64,000 nt of DNA from an uncultured Anaerolineaceae bacterium (GCA_964610835.1 CAZSWK010000002.1:1972-65971); one strand, 5' to 3'; positions 17,348-28,529 are shown, counted from the stretch's first letter. The notes: generated from the sequence alone by a model not told the origin. Numbers and translations: made by a program.

Positions 17348-18180
17348 TGGTTCGGGTCTACCTGTCGGTCGACATGGAGGGCATGGCCGGCGTGAGCCAC
17401 GCGGCACCCACGCGGCGCGGCGACGACCTCTACGCCCAGACAGTCGAGCTGATGACCGGCGAGACGAACGCCGCGATCGAGGGCGCCTTCGCCGGTGGCG
17501 CGACGGAGGTCACGGTCAACGACAGCCACGGCCAGATGTTCAACCTGCCGCCCGAGAAGCTCGACCCGCGGGCGCGCCTGGTCGAGGGCAAGAAGCCGCT
17601 GTCGATGGTCGAGGCTGCCCGCGAGTCGAAGTTCGACGTGGCGCTGTTCGTCGGCTATCACGCGCGGGCCGGCCACCCCACCGGCGTCATCGCGCATACC
17701 TACAACCCGCGCATCACGCTGGTCACGTTGAACGGCCGGCCCGCGACCGAGGCGGCCGTGAATGCGCTCTACCTGGGCTCGTTCGGCATACCCGTCGGCC
17801 TGGTCACCGGGGATGACGCCCTGGCCGCCGAGGTGGCCGAGTGGCTGCCCGCCGCCGAGCGCGTGGTGGTCAAGCGCGCGCTGGCCTTCCAGTCGGCCGA
17901 TTCGATCCTCCCGGCACGGGCGCGCGACCTGATCCGCGATGCGGCGCAGCGTGTCCTGGTCCGCGTCGCCGCCGGCGAGAAGCTGCCGGTGTTCACGATG
18001 CCCATGCCCGTCGAGCTGCGGCTGGAGGTCGCCACACCTGGCCAGGCGGCGATGACGGCGGTCATCCCCGGTTTCGAGCGCGACGGCGACCGCGAGATTG
18101 TCTTCTCCGCGCGTGATCCGGTCGAGATGTTCCGTGCCCTGATCAGCGCCGCGCGGATGGTGATACCCGCCGACGACTGA
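17344..18180 (+). CDS. DppA-type D-aminopeptidase (peptidase M55)
   Basis: MVRVYLSVDMEGMAGV...NDSHG...GYHARAG matches the M55 family. Confidence 0.75.
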   Translation: MMVRVYLSVDMEGMAGVSHAAPTRRGDDLYAQTVELMTGETNAAIEGAFAGGATEVTVNDSHGQMFNLPPEKLDPRARLVEGKKPLSMVEAARESKFDVALFVGYHARAGHPTGVIAHTYNPRITLVTLNGRPATEAAVNALYLGSFGIPVGLVTGDDALAAEVAEWLPAAERVVVKRALAFQSADSILPARARDLIRDAAQRVLVRVAAGEKLPVFTMPMPVELRLEVATPGQAAMTAVIPGFERDGDREIVFSARDPVEMFRALISAARMVIPADD

Positions 18181-18214
18181 CGTTCGGCTGACCGGATTTG
18201 CTAGGCTCCGCGCG

Positions 18215-18763
18215 ATGGCCGAGATGCGCAATGTGACGCCCGGCGCCGAGGAGCCGCGCTCGACCGGCTGGACGGGGGGAATGTGGGTCTACCACGGACG
18301 TAACTTCCCGTGGCTGGGCGTGCTGTTGGTGCTCATCGGTGTGGCACTGTTGGTCCAGGTCGCCGTCCCGGATGTCAGCGCCGGCACGGTGCTGCTGCTC
18401 GTGCTGGGCCTGTCGCTCGTCGGTGCGTGGCTGCTCGGCAATTCGTGGCCGGCCGCGGTCGCTGGACTGCTCCTGACCGGCCTGGCTGTCGGCAACCTGG
18501 CCGGCGAGCTCGGGATCTACGTCGGACCCGGGCGCACGTCGCTGAGCATCGCCGCGGCATTCCTCATCATCTGGGTGATCAAGCTGCTGCGCCACGACCG
18601 GGATGCTTGGCCGCTGTGGGGCGTGGCCATTTTCGGGCTGATCGGACTGGTGCAGGCCGGCGGTCAGCTGACGAGCATCCCCGAGTACAGCTGGTTCTGG
18701 CCGGCGGCCATCATCGTTCTTGGAGTGCTGCTGATCATCAGCGCGCGGCGCAGTTCCGCCTGA
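18215..18763 (+). CDS. membrane protein, hypothetical
   Basis: 182 aa with 4-5 hydrophobic helices. No family recognised. Confidence 0.45.
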   Translation: MAEMRNVTPGAEEPRSTGWTGGMWVYHGRNFPWLGVLLVLIGVALLVQVAVPDVSAGTVLLLVLGLSLVGAWLLGNSWPAAVAGLLLTGLAVGNLAGELGIYVGPGRTSLSIAAAFLIIWVIKLLRHDRDAWPLWGVAIFGLIGLVQAGGQLTSIPEYSWFWPAAIIVLGVLLIISARRSSA

Positions 18764-18994
18764 GGACCGCGTGGCTGGCGAATCCGCACGTCTGCCAGGG
18801 CGTCACCCCGAAGGCAAAGTGGAAAGCAGGTAGCTGCTCGCCCGGGTGATCGTCGGCGTATGAAGTGCCAGCCCGGTGCGCCGGCCGCGGGCAAGTGGAT
18901 GACCGCGTCGCCCGGCTGTTGAAGCGACACGGGTAGCCCAGGTGGCCGTTGCTGCTCGACAGGGCGAACGCCGACGGGGTTATGGTCAACGCTG

Positions 18995-19034
18995 TCTCCG
19001 CCGGTCTCCGCCGGTCTCCGCCGGTCTCGGGCGG
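18995..19034. repeat. tandem decamer repeat (tctccgccgg x3 plus a degenerate 4th copy) in a 330-bp non-coding gap
   Basis: Read directly from sequence 18995-19034. Confidence 0.8.
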
Positions 19035-19095
19035 CAGGGTGGGACGCAGGTCGCACTGACCTCGGCCGGCCAGCGGCTCCGAGTGGCGGGCAACG

Positions 19096-19785
19096 CTACT
19101 TCGTGTAGACGCCGGCCGGGTCGAGTTCCTCGCGGATCAGGCGCAACTCCGCCGTTGTCGGTGGCGGTGTGACCGCGAGCGACGGCGCAACGCGCGGCTG
19201 CCAGCCCATCGCCGCTCGGACCTGTTCGATTGTCACTCCACCGTGCAGCGCGTCGAGCACGAGCTCGCCGTCGACGCGATGGAAGATGCCCATGTCGGTG
19301 ACCACGACGTGGACCCGGTCACCGACCGAAGTGCGGAAGTCGAGCCGCTCGACGAACGAGCGCCTTGAGAGGCGCATGATCACGAAGATCGACTTCGCGT
19401 TCTGGGCGATCTCGCAGGCGCCACCCGAACCGGGCAGCCTGATCTTCGGCGTCTCATACGGCCCGATCACCGTGGTGTTGATGTTCCCCTGCCGATCGAT
19501 CTGCGCTGCGCCCAGGAAACCGACGTCGATCAGCCCGCCCTGCAGGTAGTAGCCGAAGAGTTCGAGCATGCTCGTTACCGAGGTGGCGCCGGTGACGATG
19601 GTCGGGTCGCCGATCGACAGCGGGAGCCGTGCCGGACGGGCGCCGAACACGCCCGCTTCGTAGACCAGTTCGAGCTCGGGCGCCACCGTGCGCTTGGCGA
19701 GGTTCACGGCGATGTTGGGCAGGCCGACGCCGACAAAGCACACGTGCTGGCCGGCCAGCTCACGCGCCGCGGCGACGATCATCAT
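19096..19785 (-). CDS. CoA-transferase subunit B (family I, 3-oxoacid/glutaconate CoA-transferase-like)
   Basis: MMIVAAARELAG...GVGLPN...ELVYEAGV...SGGACEIA is the beta-subunit pattern. The start is moved to internal MM; the upstream 68 codons of the track ORF overlap subunit A. Confidence 0.7.
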   Translation of the reverse strand: MMIVAAARELAGQHVCFVGVGLPNIAVNLAKRTVAPELELVYEAGVFGARPARLPLSIGDPTIVTGATSVTSMLELFGYYLQGGLIDVGFLGAAQIDRQGNINTTVIGPYETPKIRLPGSGGACEIAQNAKSIFVIMRLSRRSFVERLDFRTSVGDRVHVVVTDMGIFHRVDGELVLDALHGGVTIEQVRAAMGWQPRVAPSLAVTPPPTTAELRLIREELDPAGVYTK

Positions 19786-19817
19786 CTCTGCCGCGCTGAA
19801 AGCGGGCGGGCCCTGGC

Positions 19818-20753
19818 TCACCGGTACTCCCCGTAATCGACCGACCCGGACGGCGCGGGTGTGGGTCGCAGCGCGAGCAGCCGGTCGCGGCCCAGTTTCT
19901 CGACGTACTCCGGCCGGCCGGTCACGCCGTACACAAATTCGTCCAACCACGTCCGCAGTGAGTCCTCGTCGCGTGAGACGCGGTCCCACTCAAGGTAGAA
20001 GGCGTTGTCGCGGTCGTAAAAGCCCTGCGCGTACGAGGGATGCGCCCCGAAGGGCTCGACCACGACCGCGTCGACGACCAGGCCGGGCAGGATGGTGCGG
20101 TTGGGGTCGGCGCGGATGACCTCCTCGTCGACCAGCTCTTCGACCACCACGATGACCCGTGAAGCTGCGAAAGCGGCCTCCTTCTGGCAGCCGAGCAACC
20201 CCCACACCTGCGTGTCGCCGGCAGCGTCGGCACGCTGTGCGTGGACGATCGTTACATCGGGGCGCAGGGGCGGCACGGCGTAGATGTACTCATCGCCGTA
20301 CGGCGAATCGATCGGGCGGATGAGCGGATTGGCGGACGGCAGGTCGGTTGCCGCGTACGAGCGCAGCGGGAAGAACGGCAGGTTCATCGCCCCGGCGGTA
20401 TAGCGACAGACCATGCCGAAGTGGCTGTATTCCTCGAGCTCGAGCCGCGGTTCCGACCCCTCGCTCCAGCGCCGGATGGCATGCAGCGATCCCACCCCTG
20501 GATTGCCCAGCCAGCTGAAAACCAGCTTGCGTGCAACCCCCGCGGCGACCATCTGGTCGTAGACCAGGTCCGGGGTAAGCCGGCAGAGGGTCAGATCGCG
20601 CCGCCGCTGACGAATGATTTCATGCCCCGCGGCGAAACCGATCAGGTGCGTGAAGCCCTCGATCGCGACGCTGTCGCCGTCGTGCACCAGCTCGGCGATC
20701 GCATCGTGCATCGAGGCGATCTTGTTCGCGGTCACCGCGTCATGATCGCGCAC
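19818..20753 (-). CDS. CoA-transferase subunit A
   Basis: 311 aa (KIASMHDAIAELVHDGDSVAIEGFTH...), the alpha-subunit pattern, immediately upstream of subunit B. Confidence 0.7.
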   Translation of the reverse strand: MRDHDAVTANKIASMHDAIAELVHDGDSVAIEGFTHLIGFAAGHEIIRQRRRDLTLCRLTPDLVYDQMVAAGVARKLVFSWLGNPGVGSLHAIRRWSEGSEPRLELEEYSHFGMVCRYTAGAMNLPFFPLRSYAATDLPSANPLIRPIDSPYGDEYIYAVPPLRPDVTIVHAQRADAAGDTQVWGLLGCQKEAAFAASRVIVVVEELVDEEVIRADPNRTILPGLVVDAVVVEPFGAHPSYAQGFYDRDNAFYLEWDRVSRDEDSLRTWLDEFVYGVTGRPEYVEKLGRDRLLALRPTPAPSGSVDYGEYR

Positions 20754-20824
20754 GCAGCCGCGGCCCGCGTCTCACCCAGGGCACCGCCCACGGGTGAGGA
20801 CATGGCGAGGCATAGCCGGCCGCC

Positions 20825-21457
20825 TCAAATGGGGATGGCTGTCGGTCGCTCCGCCGCGATCCAACCTTCGTTGATCGCCAGCATTAGTAGCTGGCTACGA
20901 CTCGAGACGGCGTAGCGCGAGAACAGCCGGCGCAGATGACTCTCGACCGTGCGCGGAGAGATCTCGAGGTCGTGGGCGATGGCTACGTTGGTGAGCCCGC
21001 GAGCCAACTCACCGAGCAGCTGGAACTCCCGCTGACTGGGCAAAGGTAGCTGGGCTGGCCGCGAGGGCCTGATGCGCTCGTCGAACACGCTGCCACCCTG
21101 AGCGATTACGGCCACTGCTGCAGCGAGTGTTTGCAGCGGCGTGTCCTTGAGGAGGAAGCCGGCCGCTCCACGGCGGCGGACCGCGGCCAGCAGAGCACCT
21201 CGGTCGTAACGGGACAGGAACAGGACGCGCGTGCGCTGCGCCCGTACAGCATCCAGGTCCATGACCGCGAGCCGCTCGTGGGCGTTGTTGCCACCGATAT
21301 CGACGATCAGCACGTCAGGTCGATCGGTGTCCAGCAGCGCGCGCAGCGCCGGAAACGAGTCGACCCACACGGCGTTATCGACCCCGTCAACGGTGCGCAA
21401 CGCTATAGCCAGGCTCTCGGCGACAGACTGATTGTCCAGGATCGCAACGTTGGGCAA
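20825..21457 (-). CDS. LuxR/NarL-family response regulator (orphan, no kinase adjacent)
   Basis: REC domain (VAILDN, VLIVDIGG phospho-Asp, S and K present) plus C-terminal LuxR HTH (REFQLLGELARGLTNVAIAHDLEISPRTVESHL). The start is moved to TTG at about 21457, preceded by GGGAG. Confidence 0.7.
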   Translation of the reverse strand: MPNVAILDNQSVAESLAIALRTVDGVDNAVWVDSFPALRALLDTDRPDVLIVDIGGNNAHERLAVMDLDAVRAQRTRVLFLSRYDRGALLAAVRRRGAAGFLLKDTPLQTLAAAVAVIAQGGSVFDERIRPSRPAQLPLPSQREFQLLGELARGLTNVAIAHDLEISPRTVESHLRRLFSRYAVSSRSQLLMLAINEGWIAAERPTAIPI

Positions 21458-21597
21458 CGTCTGGCTCCCGGGTAACGTGGGACAAGGATGAGTTGCCAGC
21501 CCAACCAGCATAGTTTGATGGCCAGGCGCGTGGGGTTACGCGAAAGTACGTAACAGCCGAAGCCGCCGTGGCCCTTTCTGGCGGCGCGCAATCGGAT

Positions 21598-22446
21598 CTA
21601 TTGGACTGAGATCGCCCCCGAGAGGGTCCAGTTACCCCTTACGAAGTTGACGTCACGCGCACGCACACGGAACTCGATCGTCTTGCCCACTCTTACGCGC
21701 TTCGCCGCATGTGTGCGGGTGGTGGCCCTGCGCAGCGTGCGCCAGCGGTGACCGTTGATTCGGAATTGGACGCGGTAATCCCTGATGGTGGCGCTGCCGG
21801 GTGTCCCGGCCCAAGTCACCTTGACCTTGCGATACGCTCTGCTGTAGGGCAGCACCTGGGTGCTCGTGATGCTGACGGTCGGCGGCACGGCAGTCGAACC
21901 GGTCGGTTCCTTCACGAATTCGACCGTCCAGATCCACATACCGTTCTGGCTGTCCTGCGCGACGCCGACGCCGGCGTAGTTGAACGCCTTGTCGGTGAGG
22001 ATGCTCCAGTGCGCGCTGGAGTGGCGCCACTGGCGCATCGCTTCGTCGGCCGAATCGCCCACCGACGGCCAGTCGTTCTCGGCCAGGATCTCGCCGAGCG
22101 CCGAGAACGAAATGCCCCGGCTGGTGAACATTGCCACCCATTCCGCGGTTCGCAGGTGGGCAAAGTAGTGGTTGGTGGCCATGTCGTCGGAGCGCGCCTG
22201 GGCGATGTCTGCCACGCGTGGATCCACGGCGACGCTGCGAACCCCGTGATTGGCTCGCGCGGTGTTGATGCGCTCGAGTAGATAGGTACGCGCCTGGGCA
22301 ATGGTCATGGCGCTCGCCGGCGCGGCCGCCGTGCTCGGCATGTTCGAGGCAGGCATGGCCATGGCCGGCGCGGCGCCGGCCATCAGGACCGCTAGCAGCA
22401 GGCAGGCGATAGATATGCGGCGAAGAACGAGCATGTTGACGAGCAT
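21598..22446 (-). CDS. secreted CAP/SCP/PR-1 domain protein with C-terminal beta-rich (FN3-like) extension
   Basis: Signal peptide (LLLAVLMAGAAPAMAMPA), CAP core (HYFAHL, HWSILTD...NYAGVGV) and a C-terminal roughly 90-aa beta domain. Confidence 0.65.
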   Translation of the reverse strand: MLVNMLVLRRISIACLLLAVLMAGAAPAMAMPASNMPSTAAAPASAMTIAQARTYLLERINTARANHGVRSVAVDPRVADIAQARSDDMATNHYFAHLRTAEWVAMFTSRGISFSALGEILAENDWPSVGDSADEAMRQWRHSSAHWSILTDKAFNYAGVGVAQDSQNGMWIWTVEFVKEPTGSTAVPPTVSITSTQVLPYSRAYRKVKVTWAGTPGSATIRDYRVQFRINGHRWRTLRRATTRTHAAKRVRVGKTIEFRVRARDVNFVRGNWTLSGAISVQ

Positions 22447-22577
22447 CTCTGTACGCGGCGACTTCGACCATGGCCCAACCGTCGCGAGCGCACGGCACGC
22501 TCGTCATCGGGGAAAGGCCGGTCGGTACGCCGACCCGATTTTACGCGGTGAGGAGCCTGGGCCGGCCGCCCAGCGTG

Positions 22578-23936
22578 CTACCCGTCGACGTACTGGTCGT
22601 CAGGCATGCCCCAGCGATGGGCCAAGCCGTGGGCGCGCACCGGATCCTCCGCAACGGCGTCGAGTGCCTCAGCGAAGAGGCGTACCGCTGTGTCGACCTC
22701 GTCCGCCGTGACGACGAGCGGTGGCGACATGCGCACCACGTTGTCGCCCGCCTCGAGGACAAGCAGCCCGCGCTGGAAGGCTGCCCACTGGACGGCCTCC
22801 GCAGTATCCCCCGAAGTGAGTTGGACGCCGATCATGAGGCCCTTACCGCGCACGTCGTCGACCAGCTCCCCGTGTCGCGCGGCCAACTCACGCAAGCCTG
22901 CCAGCGCCTGCTCGCCGCGCGCTGCTGCATTCTCGATCAGGCCACCCCTGAGGGCTTCGATCGTCGCCAGCCCAGCCGCACACGAGACCGGGTTGCCGCC
23001 GAAGGTTGAGCCGTGATGACCCGCCTGCCAGGCCGCCATCACGTCGGCGCGCGCCACGGCCGCGCTGATGGGCATGCCGCTGGCGATTCCCTTGGCCAGG
23101 CACAAGATGTCTGGCTGCACGTCCCAGTGCTCGATTGCCCACATCTTGCCGGTTCGCCCGGCACCGCTTTGCACCTCGTCGGCGATCAGCAGGATCCCGT
23201 GCTGGTCGCAGATGCGGCGCAGGCGCGGTAGGAACTCATCGTCGGGAACCACGTAGCCGCCCTCACCCTGGATCGGCTCGACGACGATGGCGGCTACCTC
23301 AGTTGCTGGCACGAGGCGCTTGAACACGCGCTGCTCGAGCTCGTCGAGTCCCGCGCTGCCGTATGGCACGTGGAAGACGCCCGGCAGCATTGGGCCGAAC
23401 CCCGCGTGGTACTTGGCCTTGCTGGCGGTGAGCGTCACGGCGCCGTAGGTGCGTCCGTGGAAACCGCCCAGAAATGCGACCAGGTACTGCCGCCCGGTGG
23501 CGTGGCGGGCCAGCTTGATGGCCGTCTCGATCGCCTCGGAGCCCGAGTTGCCAATGAAGCTGCGCGCCGGCCCATCGATCGGCGCGATGTCGCTCAGTGC
23601 GGCCGCGAACTCCGCGTAGATTGGCAGGTAGAAGTCCGACGCGCTGAAATGGATCAGTTCGCGCGCCTGGCGTTCGATTGCCGCCGTCACCCGCGGATGG
23701 CCGTAGCCGGTCGACGACACCGCGATACCAGCCGTGAAGTCGAGGAAGAGGTTGCCGTCGATGTCCTCGATCGCGCAGCCACTGCCGCGGACCGGCACGA
23801 TCGGGTACGCGCGTGGCAGGCTGGGCGACGTGTAGCGATGGTCGAACGCGACGTGCTCGAGGGCGCGTGGGCCAGGTATGGGGGTGCGGATGTCTGGCGC
23901 CGTCCTGACGGCGGGACGCTCGGCGAGATCGGTCAC
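22578..23936 (-). CDS. gabT: 4-aminobutyrate aminotransferase (class III PLP aminotransferase)
   Basis: 452 aa with the GabT pattern (LLIADEVQSGAGRTGKMWA, PLP-Lys in AKGIASGMP). Confidence 0.85.
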   Translation of the reverse strand: MTDLAERPAVRTAPDIRTPIPGPRALEHVAFDHRYTSPSLPRAYPIVPVRGSGCAIEDIDGNLFLDFTAGIAVSSTGYGHPRVTAAIERQARELIHFSASDFYLPIYAEFAAALSDIAPIDGPARSFIGNSGSEAIETAIKLARHATGRQYLVAFLGGFHGRTYGAVTLTASKAKYHAGFGPMLPGVFHVPYGSAGLDELEQRVFKRLVPATEVAAIVVEPIQGEGGYVVPDDEFLPRLRRICDQHGILLIADEVQSGAGRTGKMWAIEHWDVQPDILCLAKGIASGMPISAAVARADVMAAWQAGHHGSTFGGNPVSCAAGLATIEALRGGLIENAAARGEQALAGLRELAARHGELVDDVRGKGLMIGVQLTSGDTAEAVQWAAFQRGLLVLEAGDNVVRMSPPLVVTADEVDTAVRLFAEALDAVAEDPVRAHGLAHRWGMPDDQYVDG

Positions 23937-24028
23937 GAAGTCACCCCTGCATAGATTTCATTCACCGTGCATGAAACTGTCGGTAGTCTACCGCTCGCCA
24001 TGGCCTTACGCTGGCGGGCAGTAAGTAC

Positions 24029-25042
24029 CTACAGGCTGCGAATCTCGTGCAGGATGCGGGCGGCATCGGCGCCCCCGGCGGGCCGTGGCACTCCGTTGCG
24101 GATCAAGATGGGAACCCAGTCGAAGCTCTCCACGCCGTTGCGGCTCAGGGTGACGTCGAGAATCGCCGAGTCGTTCGACCGGCCGCTGAATCGGTTGAAG
24201 ACGAAGTTGCCCATGCTGTAGGCGATCAGCGAGTTGCCCGTGGCGCGGTAGCCCTGCAGCACGTGTGGGTGGTGACCTACCACCAGCGCCGCGCCGGCGT
24301 CGATCGCGGCCCTGGCGAACCGGCGGACGTGAGGGTTCGGCCGGTGGTGGTATTCGACCCCGCCGTGGAATGCGACGACCACGACGTCGGCCTGCGTTCG
24401 CGCGGCGGCCACGTCGGCGGCCACGACGGCGGGCTTGCCCATGGCCAGACCGGGCGTGTCCGCGTGCGCCGCCCACATGCCGGTTTTGAAGTGGGTCAGG
24501 CCCCAGAAGGGCAGCACGTAACCCAGGAAGGCGACACGCAGGCCGTTGACTTCGACTATCAGTGGCGCGTGGGCGGCGTCGTAGTTGACGCCTCCGCCCA
24601 CGTGGCCGATCTGCCGTTCGTCGAGCCGCGCCAGTGTGTCCTCGAAACCGCTCACGCCGAAGTCGAGCGCGTGGTTGTTGGCGACGTTGAGCACGTCGAA
24701 GCCAGCCGCGGCAAGGGTGTCGGCGGAGGCCAGCGGCGCGCGCAGGTGGATGGTCTTGTTCGGCCAGCGGTCCATGCTGGTGCTGATGGCACACTCGAGG
24801 TTGCCCATCACCAGGTCGGCCTGGTCGAAGTACCCCTCGACGTACTTGAACGGGTCCAGGCCGTGGCGGACGATGCGCCGGCCGACCTCCCAGCCCAGGC
24901 TGATGTCCCCGACCGCCATCAGGCGCACGGTCGTAGCCGGCGCGGGATCCGCGGCGCTGGCCGCTCCCGCTCCGGGCAGGACAGTCACCGCCAGCGCCAG
25001 CATGAGCGCCAGCAGCGTCCGCCCCGCGCGCAGCGCACTCAT
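24029..25042 (-). CDS. CapA/PGA_cap-family metallophosphoesterase-like exported protein
   Basis: Signal peptide, then GDISLG..., NLECA, NNHALD and GHHPHV motifs of the PGA_cap family. Confidence 0.7.
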   Translation of the reverse strand: MSALRAGRTLLALMLALAVTVLPGAGAASAADPAPATTVRLMAVGDISLGWEVGRRIVRHGLDPFKYVEGYFDQADLVMGNLECAISTSMDRWPNKTIHLRAPLASADTLAAAGFDVLNVANNHALDFGVSGFEDTLARLDERQIGHVGGGVNYDAAHAPLIVEVNGLRVAFLGYVLPFWGLTHFKTGMWAAHADTPGLAMGKPAVVAADVAAARTQADVVVVAFHGGVEYHHRPNPHVRRFARAAIDAGAALVVGHHPHVLQGYRATGNSLIAYSMGNFVFNRFSGRSNDSAILDVTLSRNGVESFDWVPILIRNGVPRPAGGADAARILHEIRSL

Positions 25043-25203
25043 GGCGACCAGCCTCTGAGGGCATCGGAAATTGCGCGTGGCGGATGAACACGACGCGCGG
25101 CCGGTCCGCCGGCCGCGCGCCCGGCGTCAACCAGTCGCTCCTGTTCGCCGTGCGCACCAAACCGCCCCAGCTCGGGCTGTTTGGCCGTCATCTGCCGCCT
25201 GCT

Positions 25204-25289
25204 CTGTCGAGGTCGTTCCGCTCGCGGAAATCGGTTCGTGCCAGGTAGCACCACCTGTCGAGTTCGTTCGCCTCGCGACAATCGGTTCG
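25204..25289. repeat. two 35-nt imperfect direct repeats (about 30/35 identical) with 51-bp period, between the pruA stop and the CapA-like start
   Basis: ctgtcgaggtcgttccgctcgcggaaatcggttcg (25204-25238) compared with ctgtcgagttcgttcgcctcgcgacaatcggttcg (25255-25289). Confidence 0.7.
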
Positions 25290-25315
25290 CCGCCAGCGCC
25301 TTGCCGGCCGGTCAC

Positions 25316-26899
25316 TCAATCGACGATCGTCTGTGACTGCTCGCGCATGAACTGCTGGACGTAGTAGAGCCCGCCGCCGGCCTTGCCCGTCGAGCCCGAT
25401 GCCTTCCAGCCGCCGAAGGGCTGGATGCCCGGCCATGCGCCGGTGGTCGCCCCGGCGCGACGGTTCACGTAGACGACGCCGGCCTGGATCCGCTCGAGGA
25501 ACGTGTCTATCTCGGCACGCTCCTCGCTGAAGAAGCCGGCCGTCAGGCCGTAGTCGTTGTTGTTGGCCAGCTCGAGGGCCTGATCGATCGAGTCGACCGC
25601 GGCAACGACGATGAACGGCACGAACAGCTCGTCACGGAACAGGCGATGGTCGGTCGGCACACCGGTGGCCACGGTTGGGGTAACGAACCAGCCGTTGGCA
25701 TATTCGCCGTCGGCCAGCCGCTCGCCACCGACCGCGATGCTGCCCTCGTGGCGCGCTTCTGCGACGGCCGCCTCGTAGCGCGCCACGGCGCGCTGGTTGA
25801 TGACCGGGCCGAGCCACACCTCGCGGCGAAGCGGATCGCCGACGGTGATCTTCTGGGTCTTCTCGACCAGCAGACGCACGAACTCGTCGTGCACCGGCCG
25901 CTCTACGTAGCAGCGACTGTTGGCCGAGCACTTCTCGCCACCAAAGCCGAACGCGGCGCGCATGACACCCTCGGCCGCTTCCTCGAGGTCCGCATGGCGC
26001 GACACGATTGACGGGTTCTTGCCGCCCATCTCGACGATGACCGGCTTGGGGAACGACCCGGCGAACGACTTGTACAGGTCGAAGCCCACCTCGAATGAGC
26101 CGGTGAAGACGACGCCGTCTATGCCGGGGTTCTCCTGGAGCTCGGCGCCCACCGTCTCACCGGGCCCGGCGACGTAGTTGAACACGCCCGCCGGCAGGCC
26201 GGCATCACGCATGACCTCGTACAGCTTCATGCCCAGCAGCGGCGCATCGCTCGACGGCTTGAAGACGACCGCGTTGCCGGCCACCAACGCGCCACCGGCC
26301 GGTCCGCCGGCCAGCGCGAGCGGGAAATTGAACGGGCTGATCACTGCGAACACACCAAATGGCTTGAGCACCGAGCGTGTGTGGACGGCGCTGTCCCCCA
26401 GGTTGCCCATGGGCGTGTCGAAACCCTCGTGCTTCTCCATCTGGTCGCAGTAGTAGCGAATGAGGTCGGCCGTCTCCTCGACGTCGCCCAGCGCCTCGAG
26501 CCGGTTCTTGCCTACCTCGTGGCACATCAGCGCCGCGTATTCCATTTGCCGCTCACTGATCAGGTCGGCCGCGCGGCGCATCATCGCGACTCGCTCACGC
26601 CAGGGCATTCGGGCCCAGCCCGGCGCCGCGGCGCGGGCGGCTGCGATGGCATCCCTTACGTCCTGGCGCGTGCCCTTGGCGAAGTAGCCGAGCACCTGGG
26701 CGGAATCTATCGGCGAGCGATCCTCGAATTCCCCCTCTCCGTGCCGCGCTTCACCGTTGATGAAGTTCGAGTAGTGCTGACCCAGCTGGGCTCGCGCGCG
26801 CTGGTCGCCTACCTCGAAGTGTTGATGCAGTTCCTCGTTGTCGGCGCGCAGGGTCGCGTAGGTGATCTTCAGCCGCGGTCGTGCAATCGTGTCGGTCAT
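25316..26899 (-). CDS. pruA: L-glutamate gamma-semialdehyde (delta-1-pyrroline-5-carboxylate) dehydrogenase
   Basis: ALDH fold with the PruA/RocA-type N-terminus (KITYATLRADNEELH), catalytic Cys in GEKCSANSR and Glu in EMGGKN. The start is moved to internal MTDTIARP, which has a GGGAGA RBS. Confidence 0.8.
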   Translation of the reverse strand: MTDTIARPRLKITYATLRADNEELHQHFEVGDQRARAQLGQHYSNFINGEARHGEGEFEDRSPIDSAQVLGYFAKGTRQDVRDAIAAARAAAPGWARMPWRERVAMMRRAADLISERQMEYAALMCHEVGKNRLEALGDVEETADLIRYYCDQMEKHEGFDTPMGNLGDSAVHTRSVLKPFGVFAVISPFNFPLALAGGPAGGALVAGNAVVFKPSSDAPLLGMKLYEVMRDAGLPAGVFNYVAGPGETVGAELQENPGIDGVVFTGSFEVGFDLYKSFAGSFPKPVIVEMGGKNPSIVSRHADLEEAAEGVMRAAFGFGGEKCSANSRCYVERPVHDEFVRLLVEKTQKITVGDPLRREVWLGPVINQRAVARYEAAVAEARHEGSIAVGGERLADGEYANGWFVTPTVATGVPTDHRLFRDELFVPFIVVAAVDSIDQALELANNNDYGLTAGFFSEERAEIDTFLERIQAGVVYVNRRAGATTGAWPGIQPFGGWKASGSTGKAGGGLYYVQQFMREQSQTIVD

Positions 26900-27133
26900 T
26901 CGAGTCGGCTCTCCCTTCAGGATCCGCCAGGGGTCAGAAATCCAGTTTAGACCCGCTCCGGCGGGCCATTTCGAGCGCCATAGGTCCCCGCGTCGCGAGC
27001 CGCTCGGCACTACTCCGGACCGTGGGCTCGTGCGACGTCCGATAGGCCCGCGGCATATGCGCCGTATGGCACGTCACGAACCGCGCGCCGGGGCCTACGT
27101 TTGGCTGTAACCAGCGAATAGGAGCACGCAGCC

Positions 27134-28462
<1,329 letters not shown>

Positions 28463-28480
28463 CTCGTCGCGTAGCGAAAG

Positions 28481-28504
28481 GAGCCGGGGCGAACGCCCCG
28501 GCTC
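28481..28504. terminator. perfect GC hairpin (gagccggggcg-aa-cgccccggctc) between convergent gltA and the zinc-ribbon gene; candidate bidirectional terminator
   Basis: 11-bp perfect inverted repeat read from sequence. There is no T-tract, as expected in high-GC genomes. Confidence 0.55.
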
Positions 28505-28529
28505 GTTGCACAATCGCGGTGTTTGACCG

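Noticed and set aside
18995-19034. Possible CRISPR array
   Set aside because: Units are only 10 bp, directly tandem with no spacers, and no cas genes are nearby.
23937-24028. Short inverted repeat TTCAT-N9-ATGAA upstream of gabT as a GabR-type operator
   Set aside because: It is only 5 bp per arm and has no second half-site; too weak to call.
24047-25087. 346-aa plus-strand ORF
   Set aside because: Antisense to the CapA-like gene.
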